Source: an uncultured Rivularia sp.
GTDB lineage: Bacteria > Cyanobacteriota > Cyanobacteriia > Cyanobacteriales > Nostocaceae
Assembly: GCA_963665115.1 (NCBI GenBank)
Contig: OY762007.1
Span: 5,376,001 to 5,440,000, forward strand
Length of the DNA stretch: 64,000 nt
Direction of reading: 5' to 3'
Part shown: one piece after another, positions 10,703 through 20,019 of the stretch
How positions within the stretch are numbered: position 1 is the stretch's first letter
Layout of the letters: the number at the start of each line of letters is the position of its first letter
Notes under the pieces: generated by a model
Database searches by the model: none
What the model was told of the DNA's origin: nothing
What the model saw: the letters and a program-made list of their open reading frames with translations, nothing else
Translations under genes and position numbers: made by a program

Positions 10703-12910
10703 TTAAATTACCTGAAATACGAAGTTAAAACTTGCCCAGTGATTAACATTCCACACCCAAGAATCAGCAGACAAATTTTGTGTTTCATCTTTTGTAATGC
10801 TGGCTTGATTCAAGTCTTGTAAAAGTGAAGAAGCTACTTCTAAAGGATTTAGCAATGGTGAAATGCGGTGAGTCTCTCTTGAGGAATGTTTACCTTCTTC
10901 TAAAGCTGTCAAAGTTTTTGTAAAAGGTGAGGTACTAAGAATCATCTGGGTTTCACACCAAAAATCTGGCCCTGACATCACCCATTCAAAACCAGCAGTA
11001 GTTTTAGGTATTGTTATCGTTTCCCTAGGAGGAATAATTACTTGTTGAAGTTCGGGTTTGCTGGAATTTTCTTCGGAGTCTTCATCTTTATGCCAAGGAT
11101 AAAGAGCGATTGGATTCTTATTATTATTTAATCCCAGCAACATTAGATACAGCGGTCTATCTCCGGTGTTTTCTACCCGGTAGCGTATTTTACTACCTGT
11201 AGATACGGTAGGAATTCCTGGGGAAGAGACATCATCCGTTTTCTTACTGGATTCCATACCTAATGTTCGTCTTGTTTGACGCTCCATTAAAGTATGGGGC
11301 AATTTCTTGTCAATTACTTCTAAACTTACTTTGACGCTCAAACCCGAAGAACCTTCATTTTGCGTCAATTTCCATAATTTAGCAGCTAAAAGCGTTTTAA
11401 GTTTCGGAGCTAACCGATAAACCGCGACTTTTAATGCTTCTCCTTCTTCGCCGAGAGTATCGGGAATTAAATCGCCTCCCAAAGTAAATAAGCCATAGCG
11501 ACTTGAAGACGACATCGCCATTGCATTATTTACTTCGGTGCCGGGAACTTCGGTTTCTGGTAACTTGCCAAATAAATAATCGGCTGGTTGTTCCCCGGCT
11601 ATTACGCTCCCTACGCGCTCAATAGAAGCAAAAGCACTTGTAGCGTCAACTCGTTCGATTCTTTCTAAACTTACGTCATCAAGGGCAATTTTTAATTTAA
11701 CTTCTTTGGGTAAAACTCGCAGCCTTTCCCTGATAAGCTGTCCAACTTGGGGAGTTATTTGCCGATCGTTCACTTGCTTTAATGTAGCTTTTGCTTTTAA
11801 ACCATTGCGACTGCGTAACACCAAAGGTGTAGTTGAAGGTGATGTTGCCGAATAAAAGGTAAATCGCGAATTAACTCCATAATATTCCAGCACTTGCGGC
11901 GGTATTCCTCCCAACCACAAATGAACGGTTTTACCGTCATCTTCTACAGATGTTACAGTTCCTTGCGCTCCTGCAATTGGCTTCGATTGTACATTAGCAG
12001 CAATTAAAGCTTTGGTTTGATTGTTGTTTTTAAGTAAAACTGGTTCTTGTTTACTACCTAAAGACAGCATTGTACTTCCGACGCGGGATAAACTTATTTG
12101 AATCGTTTTTGCTGCCGTTGTTTCCCAAAGATATTGCGTCAAGGCGTAGGTAAATAACCCGGCGCTAAAATCAGAAAGTATGATTTCTTTGGCCAAATCT
12201 TTCGAGTTGGAGGTAGATGCAAGCAAAACATTGAACTTATCGGGAGCAATTTTCTTTGTTAGCTGCTTTTGAAACTCGACTTCTTCAGCTAAAAATATTC
12301 CTTCTAAAGGAGCTTTCCAAGAACGACTTCTTAATCCCGTAGGTTGAGAAATGCTGGGTTTGTAATAACTAGTGTCTAATATTGCCGTTGCCCGTTCCGT
12401 AGCTAACGACTGCAACATCAGCAATAAAGTATCTTCTAATAAATAATTAGCAGTTGTCTCTGAATTTTCTATAACTTGGCTTCCATCGACGGGAATCAAA
12501 GCATTTTCCATCCCACCGAGCAAACTTTTCGTTTTAATCCGACTACCGTAACCGCTGAAATGAAAGACAACCGCATCACCGGGTTTTGCCTGCTTGACAA
12601 GATGCTCAACAAATGCATTTTCAATACCTTGTCTAGTTGCTTGCTTGTTTGTCAAAGACAAAATATCTGACGGTTGGAAACCAAAGCGATGAATCAAAAG
12701 TTCCCTTTGCAGTTCCACATCCGTCAGACAACCCTTAAGTGCAGGGATTTTCGGGTATTGATTGATGCCTACCAATAACGCCAATTTGCGTGGAGTAGTA
12801 TCGGCTAATGCCTGTTGTAGACTGTTAGCCCTCGTCCACCATTCGGACTCGGTAACTCCCAATACCGCCAAAATCGAGCCAATTCGTTGTAAAAAGATTC
12901 GCCGCTTCAT
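10703..12910 (-). CDS. Caspase-family (C14) pseudo-orthocaspase with twin-arginine N-terminus and a probable DUF4384-like C-terminal domain
   Basis: ALLVGINQY, LKGCLTDV, FHFSGYGS (His replaced by Tyr), ILDTSY (Cys replaced by Ser), MKRRIFL. Confidence 0.85.
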   Translation of the reverse strand: MKRRIFLQRIGSILAVLGVTESEWWTRANSLQQALADTTPRKLALLVGINQYPKIPALKGCLTDVELQRELLIHRFGFQPSDILSLTNKQATRQGIENAFVEHLVKQAKPGDAVVFHFSGYGSRIKTKSLLGGMENALIPVDGSQVIENSETTANYLLEDTLLLMLQSLATERATAILDTSYYKPSISQPTGLRSRSWKAPLEGIFLAEEVEFQKQLTKKIAPDKFNVLLASTSNSKDLAKEIILSDFSAGLFTYALTQYLWETTAAKTIQISLSRVGSTMLSLGSKQEPVLLKNNNQTKALIAANVQSKPIAGAQGTVTSVEDDGKTVHLWLGGIPPQVLEYYGVNSRFTFYSATSPSTTPLVLRSRNGLKAKATLKQVNDRQITPQVGQLIRERLRVLPKEVKLKIALDDVSLERIERVDATSAFASIERVGSVIAGEQPADYLFGKLPETEVPGTEVNNAMAMSSSSRYGLFTLGGDLIPDTLGEEGEALKVAVYRLAPKLKTLLAAKLWKLTQNEGSSGLSVKVSLEVIDKKLPHTLMERQTRRTLGMESSKKTDDVSSPGIPTVSTGSKIRYRVENTGDRPLYLMLLGLNNNKNPIALYPWHKDEDSEENSSKPELQQVIIPPRETITIPKTTAGFEWVMSGPDFWCETQMILSTSPFTKTLTALEEGKHSSRETHRISPLLNPLEVASSLLQDLNQASITKDETQNLSADSWVWNVNHWASFNFVFQVI

Positions 12911-13022
12911 AAGTTCACCCCTCAACCCTCAATTCATTAGCTATCAGATTAAAGGGCTGAATTCAATTATGTAAAGCTATAGCTTATACGGTTTTTCAAG
13001 CAAAATATGTATTATGCCCTAA

Positions 13023-14203
13023 TTAAGCTTTAACTGGAACTCGCATGGCACGTACTAACTCCGCTGCAACCTCCGGACGAGAAAATTCTGCTGGGGGTGA
13101 TTCTCCCCGACGCAACATTTCCCGTACCTTGGTTCCAGAAAGGTGAATCCGTTCTTCTTTCTTGCTAGGGGACTAGTCTTTGCAGTCGCCATCTGCTTGG
13201 TGCGAGTGCAGTAAAAAGCGTGTTCAAACTTCATTGGGAGAATGCCCAATTCACCCGGTTCAAACTCATCAAAGATGTGCTGTGCGTCGTAAGTACCGTA
13301 GTAGTCACCAACCCCAGCATGATCTCGTCCAACAATAAAGTGAGTACAGCCATAGTTCTTACGAACTAAAGCATGAAAAATTGCCTCGCGAGGGCCAGCA
13401 TAACGCATTGCAGCCGGATTGATAGCCAAGATAACTCTATCATCCGGATAATAGTTTTCTAATAAAATTTCGTAACAACGCATCCGCACGTCGGCAGGGA
13501 TATCATCTGATTTTGTTGCTCCCACCAAAGGATGCAAAAACAAACCATCAACAGTTTCTAAAGCGCATTTTTGAATATATTCGTGAGCGCGGTGGATGGG
13601 GTTGCGAGTTTGGAAACCAACAATAGTTTTCCAACCTTTTTCCCTAAACATCTTTCTTGATTCGGCTGGATCGATTTGGTATTTAGGAAATAGTGGATTC
13701 TCCTTACGTTCCAACAACCACACATCACCAGCTATATTTACCGAGCCTTGATTGTAAACAACTTGTACGCCGGGATGCTTATCCTCATCGGTACGATAAA
13801 CATTAATGGCTTCTTGTTTTTTATCGTAAGTATATTTTTCAGTGAATTCTAATACCCCAATAAATTCACCATTTTGATTATCCAAACGAATTAAATCGCC
13901 TTGATTAAAAGAATTAGCAACTTCTTCGGTTACTGAAAGCGTAATTGGAATCGCCCAGGCAACCCCCGAAGCCAAACGCATTTCCGAAACTACGCGCTTA
14001 TAGTCCGACTCATTCATGAAACCAGTCAGCGGACTAAAACCACCGATCGCAATCATTTCCAAATCCGAAACAGCCCGTTCATCCAGTTCAACTCTAGGTA
14101 AACTATCAGCTTTTGACAAAAATTCTTGTTTTTGTTCGGGTGAAGCGATGCGATTTATCAACTTTCCGCCATGTGCGGCAATAGCATCGAGATTATTACT
14201 CAA
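13023..14203 (-). CDS. sat: Sulfate adenylyltransferase (ATP sulfurylase); apparent frameshift at G-run 13168-13171
   Basis: [32 protein letters not shown]. The native C-terminus [26 protein letters not shown] lies in another frame ending at 13023. TTG start with AGGAG SD. Confidence 0.95.
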
Positions 14204-14290
14204 CGTATCTCCTTCCTTAACTGCTACTTTTTCTCGCTATGAATAACTTAGCAAGAAATGGGTATATCTACGCGGTTTTTGGGAAAAGGG

Positions 14291-14470
14291 AGTGGGGAGA
14301 GGGGGGAGAGGGGGGAGAGGGGGTAGAGGGGGGAGAGGGGAAGAGGGGGTAGAGGGGTAGAGGGGGGAGAGGGGTAGAGGGGGAGAGGGGGTAGAGGGGA
14401 AGAGGGGGGAGAGGGGAAGAGTGGGGAGAGGGGGAGAGGGGAAGAGGGGGGAGAGGGGGTAGAGGGGGAG
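14291..14470. repeat. G-rich 9-mer tandem repeat (GGGGGAGAG/GGGGTAGAG/GGGGAAGAG), about 20 units
   Basis: Seen directly; shorter copies at ~10092-10128, 25469-25540 (complement) and 62324-62358. Confidence 0.9.
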
Positions 14471-14525
14471 ATATAGCGAGCAAGATGCTCGCACTACGAA
14501 TTATTTACTGATAACTGTTCACTGT

Positions 14526-14927
14526 TCACTGTCGCCGATAGCGCATCATTTTTCGGACTTTTTCGCGACTTATTCCAAGTTCGTTGCTTATTCGTGCTTC
14601 TACAGAAAGGATATCTGTGGTGTTTAAGATAATTTCAGATTTCTCATATTTTGTAATAATTTGATTTATTGCTTTCTTTACTGTTACTAAGGAAATACCT
14701 TTATTGGGATATATTTCTACTTTTATTGATGCTATTCCATATCCATAATCTGGTTGGATTGCTTGCAACTTAACGGCATCATTATTGTACGTACTTAAAG
14801 TTTTCTCAGTTAACCATCCACCAACAAACCAAAAACTTAGCGCTAAAAGTGGTAACGGTAGCCAGAATTCTATTCCTAATGATTTAAGGAATTTTAGCCA
14901 TTGAGGAGAAAGGTTTTTTGAAGTCAT
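14526..14927 (-). CDS. Hypothetical single-TM membrane protein, divergent from the response regulator
   Basis: LGIEFWLPLPLLALSFWFVGGW hydrophobic segment; 133-aa ORF. Confidence 0.75.
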   Translation of the reverse strand: MTSKNLSPQWLKFLKSLGIEFWLPLPLLALSFWFVGGWLTEKTLSTYNNDAVKLQAIQPDYGYGIASIKVEIYPNKGISLVTVKKAINQIITKYEKSEIILNTTDILSVEARISNELGISREKVRKMMRYRRQ

Positions 14928-15062
14928 GACAGTGAGCAGTGAACAGTTAGGAGTTAGGGATTATTTTTCAATTACCAATTACCAATTACCAGTTTATATA
15001 GCTGTACTGTTTGCTAAAAGACTTTAAATGTATCTTATAACTGTTAACTGTTAACTGTAATT

Positions 15063-15738
15063 ATGGTAATTCTACTTGTAGAAGATGATACGAGACAGTT
15101 GGAGCCTTTGCATGCGGCTTTATCGGCGGTAGGTCATATTGTTGATGCTGTTGAAGATGGTGATACGGCACAGTGGCTAATTACTCAGAAAGAATACGAT
15201 TTATTAATTTTAGATTGGATGTTACCAAATGTAACAGGTGTTGCATTATGCCATCAGTATAGACGAGCGGGAAAAACTTCTCCGGTATTGATGCTAACTG
15301 CTAAAGATACTACTGACGATAAAGTTACTGGCTTAGATGCTGGTGCCGATGACTACTTAGTAAAACCAGTTGACGTGATGGAATTGTTAGCTAGAGTAAG
15401 AGCATTAGGAAGGCGATCGCCACTTTGGCAAGGTGATATTCTCAAGCTGGAAGATTTAGAATTACATCTAAATACTTTGACTTTAACGCGAGGGGAAGCA
15501 AAAACTAAATTATCAACTCGCGAATTCCAATTAATGGAATATTTAATGCGTCATCCCAATCAAGTTTTATCACGCGAACAAATTGAAGATACCCTTTGGG
15601 AATGGGGAAACTCAACCAGAAAGTAATGCTGTCACGACTTTGGTACGAAGAGTAAGACAGCGTTTAGAATCAGTAGGTACAAAGGATTGCTTGGAAACAA
15701 TTTATGGTATGGGTTATCGGTTGAATGCACCGAAGTAA
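15063..15738 (+). CDS. OmpR/PhoB-family response regulator (RppA-like); apparent +1 frameshift at 15604-15610
   Basis: LLVEDD, LILDWMLP, LTAK, GADDYLVKP. The winged-helix end ESNAVTTLVRRVR...ETIYGMGYRL continues in another frame to TAA at 15738. Confidence 0.92.
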
Positions 15739-15876
15739 AGGGAGGGGGAGATGGGGAGAAGGGGAGACAAGGGGACAAGGAGAAGTTGATTCCCAACTCG
15801 CTACTTGCTACTTACTACTCTCTACTCATAACTCCTAAATGATAACTGCTCACTGATAACTGCTCACTGATAACTG

Positions 15877-17163
15877 ATGCTAACTCGTAGTCGTCGTCGC
15901 TTAGCTTATTTATTCACCCTTGCGATGGGTGGGATTTTGGTTACTTTTGCTTTTGTAGTTTATTACTTTTTGGTTAGAGAAAGGCTACGCAATTTTGACC
16001 TATTTTTGAAAGATGAAACTCAAAGTTATGTTTTTGAATTTAAGTATCCTTCAGAAAACAAACAATATCGAGTGGAGTTTGGAGGTACACCGCTTAAATC
16101 TTCTTCGGAAATGCTTCGCAAGGGATTTGAATTTGCTTGCTGGTATGACAGGAATAAAATACCTTTAAAAATTAATGATAATATTTGTCCTGGACAAGAT
16201 TCAGTTAAACCAGGCTTTCAAACCTTTAAATTTAATTTAGAGCCAGGCGAATCTGAAACAGTTTGGCTGCGACAAATAACCTCGTCAATTCAAAATGGTA
16301 ACAATAAAATTGGCTATATTCTTGTTGCTAAATCTCTACAACCAACTCAGAAAAGTTTAGCAAAATTACGGTTTTATTTATCGCTGGGAGTTCCGACTAC
16401 GTTAGGAATAGTGGGAATTGTTGGTTGGTTTTTGGGTGGAGTAGCGATGAAACCGACAAAGCGCTCCTACGAACAGTTACAGCGGTTTACCGCCGATGCT
16501 TCTCATGAATTACGTGCGCCAGTTGCCGCGATTTTAAGTAATGCTCAAGTTGGTTTGCTGGCTCCTGTTGATAATAGCGAACTACCTCGTCAACGTTTGG
16601 AAAACATTGTTGATATTTCTAAATCAATGAGCGCTCTGATTGGTAATTTATTATTCTTAGCCAGACATGAAGGACGTTTAAATCCAAAAGATTTACGAAG
16701 TGTTGAAATTGTTGGTTTACTACAACATTTATCAGATGAATATCAATTAATTGCGTCAGAAAAAGAATTAACTATTATAACTGAGTTACCATCTCAAGAA
16801 ATAACATTATTAGCCGATCGAGATTTATTACAGCAAGCAATTAAAAACCTGTTAGATAACGCTTGTAAATATACTCCAGAAGGCGGTACGGTAAAGCTGA
16901 AAATGTTTACCCAAATGCGACGAGTTTCTATTCAAGTAATTGATAATGGAGTTGGTATCCCCTCAGAAGATTTACCCAATATTTTCGAGCGTTTTTATCG
17001 TGTGGATAGCTCGCGTACTCGTTCATCCGGTGGTTTTGGTTTGGGATTGGCGATCGCTCAGCAAATAGTCAAGGCTCATAGTGGGGAAATTACTGTCGCA
17101 AGTAAAGTTAATGAAGGTACGACTTTTCAAGTTTGTTTGCCGTTGAAGAAGGTTTCTGGTTGA
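15877..17163 (+). CDS. Membrane sensor histidine kinase (two TM segments, periplasmic sensor domain, HisKA, HATPase)
   Basis: FTADASHELRAP H-box, NLLDNACKY, DNGVGI, FERFYR, GFGLGL. Confidence 0.95.
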   Translation: MLTRSRRRLAYLFTLAMGGILVTFAFVVYYFLVRERLRNFDLFLKDETQSYVFEFKYPSENKQYRVEFGGTPLKSSSEMLRKGFEFACWYDRNKIPLKINDNICPGQDSVKPGFQTFKFNLEPGESETVWLRQITSSIQNGNNKIGYILVAKSLQPTQKSLAKLRFYLSLGVPTTLGIVGIVGWFLGGVAMKPTKRSYEQLQRFTADASHELRAPVAAILSNAQVGLLAPVDNSELPRQRLENIVDISKSMSALIGNLLFLARHEGRLNPKDLRSVEIVGLLQHLSDEYQLIASEKELTIITELPSQEITLLADRDLLQQAIKNLLDNACKYTPEGGTVKLKMFTQMRRVSIQVIDNGVGIPSEDLPNIFERFYRVDSSRTRSSGGFGLGLAIAQQIVKAHSGEITVASKVNEGTTFQVCLPLKKVSG

Positions 17164-17383
17164 TAAAGGATTAGGGAACAGGAACTTAAACTACGAAATC
17201 GCAGGGTAAATCTTACCCCGCGAAAAAATCTGAATGCGTTATTTATTTCTATATTAAGAATTCAAGATAAAACAAAATATTAATAGCTGATGAACCCTTA
17301 AAATGATAATTACGAATTGATAATATTAATTCTTTATTGAGTTTTTACGAATACATTAATAACAAACGCAAAACTTCACTTTA

Positions 17384-19258
17384 TCAATCGCTAATCCATC
17401 CAAACTTATATTCATGTCCACCATGAAGAGAAGAATATGCATCGGTCAAGCAATACATTTGTGTCATAACTCCAGCAGTCTTTGCCTTATAAATTATGAT
17501 ATCTCCGATAATGATATTGTCTATCTTGAGTTCTGATACATCGATTGTTCCTGAAACAGTTTTATTTGCATCACTAGTTTTGCATATTATTTTGGTTCTA
17601 CCAGTAAATCTGTCCCGTAAAACTAGTTCTTTATCCCACGTATGACCCCTATCAATAACAAGCTTAACTTTATCGCCGGATAAGGAATTATTTCGCTTAC
17701 ACGATACTTTTACTCTATCCCAATCTTGAAGTTTATTGCGCTCAGAATTTTTTAAATCATTAAATGTAATATGATGCAATCCGTTTGGTGGTTCGGGTTG
17801 TCGGGGAGCAGGAGAATCACTAATCCATTGAAGCTTAAATTCAGTTCTATTTAAAAGTGCATCATATGTGTCGGTCATGCAATACATTTGTGTCATAACT
17901 CCGGCTATTTTGGCTTTATAAATGATGATATCTGCCATCAGGATGCCGTCCATGATAACTTCTGATAAATCAATTGTTCCCTCAGCCTCTGGATTTTCAT
18001 CACTGGTTTTGCATATTCTTTTAGTTTCACCATTAATTCTATTTCGTAAAACAATTTCCTTATCCCATGTGGAACCTCTATCAATAACAATCTTTACTTT
18101 ATCGCTTGATTTAGGGGACTTTGCTTGCGACAATACATATACTCTATCCCCATCTTTAAGATGATTACGATTAGCAGAATCTATTAAATCTGTAGATGTA
18201 ATATTATGTAAATCGCTTGGTGGTTGAGGGAGATAAGTTCCGTTAATAATTTGGACTAACCTGCTTACTCCTCCATTATTTCCAACTTCTACAAAATCAG
18301 TAGCGATAAAGTTTGGGTAACGTTTAGCTTCTAGGAAGCAACGATGGACTTTTGCTAATATCTTATAAGCATCCATATCCCCACCAATTTGACTATATGC
18401 AGCTGCAATTGTTGGAGCAATAGCAGCCGAACTAAGAATTAATAAAGGAGTGATAGTAGAACCAATTATAGGTAAAGGAAAAGTAGCTAGAGCAGCAAGC
18501 GTACTTAATCCAGCAAAAGGAGTGACCATACCCAGATGAAAAGTATACGCATAGTTCATAACAAACAGAGGTTTACACAAGTCAGACCCCAGAGGCTTAT
18601 GATTACCGTTATCAAATTTGTGTCGGCTCAATGCTTCGTCTAAATTCATACTGTCAGCACCGAACCTGTTCTCCATAGCATGATTCTTCGATTCTGGATT
18701 TCCATCGTGTCCGTTAGAAAATACTACGAGACGTTGACCCTCGTTGACCATCTGCTCAAGTGTAGACCAAGGCTTTGACAACAAATCACATTTTTTATAA
18801 AGATAAGGCCACGAGGAACCGAGTCCTTCATTATAAACTTGTTGCATTGTATTAGGTAATATATCGTAAGTCTCGAAGATAATCGTGATTATGGCATTAG
18901 GATTATCATCAAGGAATTTCTTAAAAATTTTTAAAGTGTCGCTTAAAGGTTTTGAACCTAATGGTTCTTGTACGCGCCATAATGCTTGAAGATTTTGTCC
19001 ATGTGCGACAACTGCAACTCCATTATCAAGATGTGCATCTATCATAAATGCACGCACACCCATTTCTAATTGCTCTTCTATAGTTAAATTTTGCTGATAA
19101 TAAGTCCAGCCACTATTTCTTGCAGCGAAAGCATTATGAGAACATATCCAGCAAACCTCGTCATAACGATGATTTTTTAATTGTTCCCAATTTTCTGGTG
19201 CATCTGGTGCGACTTCGTTGGTTTGTTTGTCAGTAGGTACAATTTTATCTATCGGCAT
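17384..19258 (-). CDS. PI-PLC X-domain-like phosphodiesterase with a hydrophobic insert and two C-terminal ~140-aa repeats
   Basis: CSHNAF, QQN.TI.EQLEMGVRAFMIDAH, VAHG, IITIIFE, PNFIATDFV. Duplicated WDKE.VLR...IYKAK.AGVMTQMYC.TD...WISD. Confidence 0.75.
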   Translation of the reverse strand: MPIDKIVPTDKQTNEVAPDAPENWEQLKNHRYDEVCWICSHNAFAARNSGWTYYQQNLTIEEQLEMGVRAFMIDAHLDNGVAVVAHGQNLQALWRVQEPLGSKPLSDTLKIFKKFLDDNPNAIITIIFETYDILPNTMQQVYNEGLGSSWPYLYKKCDLLSKPWSTLEQMVNEGQRLVVFSNGHDGNPESKNHAMENRFGADSMNLDEALSRHKFDNGNHKPLGSDLCKPLFVMNYAYTFHLGMVTPFAGLSTLAALATFPLPIIGSTITPLLILSSAAIAPTIAAAYSQIGGDMDAYKILAKVHRCFLEAKRYPNFIATDFVEVGNNGGVSRLVQIINGTYLPQPPSDLHNITSTDLIDSANRNHLKDGDRVYVLSQAKSPKSSDKVKIVIDRGSTWDKEIVLRNRINGETKRICKTSDENPEAEGTIDLSEVIMDGILMADIIIYKAKIAGVMTQMYCMTDTYDALLNRTEFKLQWISDSPAPRQPEPPNGLHHITFNDLKNSERNKLQDWDRVKVSCKRNNSLSGDKVKLVIDRGHTWDKELVLRDRFTGRTKIICKTSDANKTVSGTIDVSELKIDNIIIGDIIIYKAKTAGVMTQMYCLTDAYSSLHGGHEYKFGWISD

Positions 19259-19637
19259 ATCATCATTCCTTATTTATAACTATTTGGATTTGAGTTAAAA
19301 AGTATAATTAATCTCTTTAACCCGAACTAAAATTACCTACCTTCAGAATAATTATATTTCCGGAAAAGTATAATATCAAACAATAATCTTAAAATTACTT
19401 TGCAAACTTGGTTAAAACAAATGTTATTTAAAATACTAAATAAATGATACAACGCACTTTTGGGGATTTTTCAAGTGAGGGAATTGTGCCAAACAGCCAA
19501 ACAAAATTAATTGGTAATCTCAACCAATCATATTTGTAAATCATTTTACGTATTATTTTTTTAGTCCTCTTCTAGAGGGCTTTCGCTATGAGACTAAGAA
19601 TTATATTCGCAGGTGGATGTAAACTTAATTTTCAACC

Positions 19638-19670
19638 TGACATATTCTTGTCATATTTGGCTGTCATATT
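19638..19670 (+). promoter_or_regulatory. Direct-repeat box promoter 1 (TGACATATT-ct-TGTCATATT-N7-CATATT)
   Basis: 11-bp-period direct repeat at the -35 position; same spacing to the -10 as the other two copies. Confidence 0.75.
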
Positions 19671-19676
19671 AAAGCT

Positions 19677-19800
19677 ATCGGGTAAAGAAACGAGTTCGCA
19701 CCCAGAAATAATATAAGCGGATATCTAACTTTTCTCTGAAACCACACACACACTAAGTTTCCGGTTACTAGGAATATCTATCTTTCTAGTAACTGGATTA
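19677..19800 (+). ncRNA. Candidate small regulatory RNA (~120 nt)
   Basis: Follows box promoter 1 and has no ATG-initiated ORF. Weak 5' stem gggt...accc, unpaired accacacacacac, 3' hairpin tccggttactagga/tttctagtaactgga. Confidence 0.5.
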
Positions 19801-19932
19801 CCTAAATTTAGAAGGCAACAGGAAATAGGCAACAGGGAACAGTTTGTAGGTTGTATTTACCTGCCCTATTCAATCCAGAACAAATTTAAAATTTAAAATC
19901 CAAAATTCAAAATCCAAAATTCAAAATCGAGT

Positions 19933-19965
19933 TGACATATTCCTGTCATATTTAGCTGTAAAACT
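19933..19965 (+). promoter_or_regulatory. Direct-repeat box promoter 2, upstream of htrA (TGACATATT-cc-TGTCATATT-N7-AAAACT)
   Basis: Near-identical to 19638-19670; ends 54 nt before the htrA ATG. Confidence 0.75.
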
Positions 19966-20019
19966 AAAGTTAACAACAAAATTCCTAATTAAACTCTTAA
20001 CAACTAACAACTAACTATT

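Noticed and set aside
14237..14494. Pro/Leu-rich ORFs 14237..14494 and 14268..14483
   Set aside because: Translations of the G-rich 9-mer tandem repeat; no coding evidence.
19638..19670. Reading the TGTCAT boxes as a phosphate (Pho) regulon
   Set aside because: Cyanobacterial SphR/PhoB boxes are PyTTAAPyPy-type, and the downstream genes are envelope quality-control genes, not phosphate genes.
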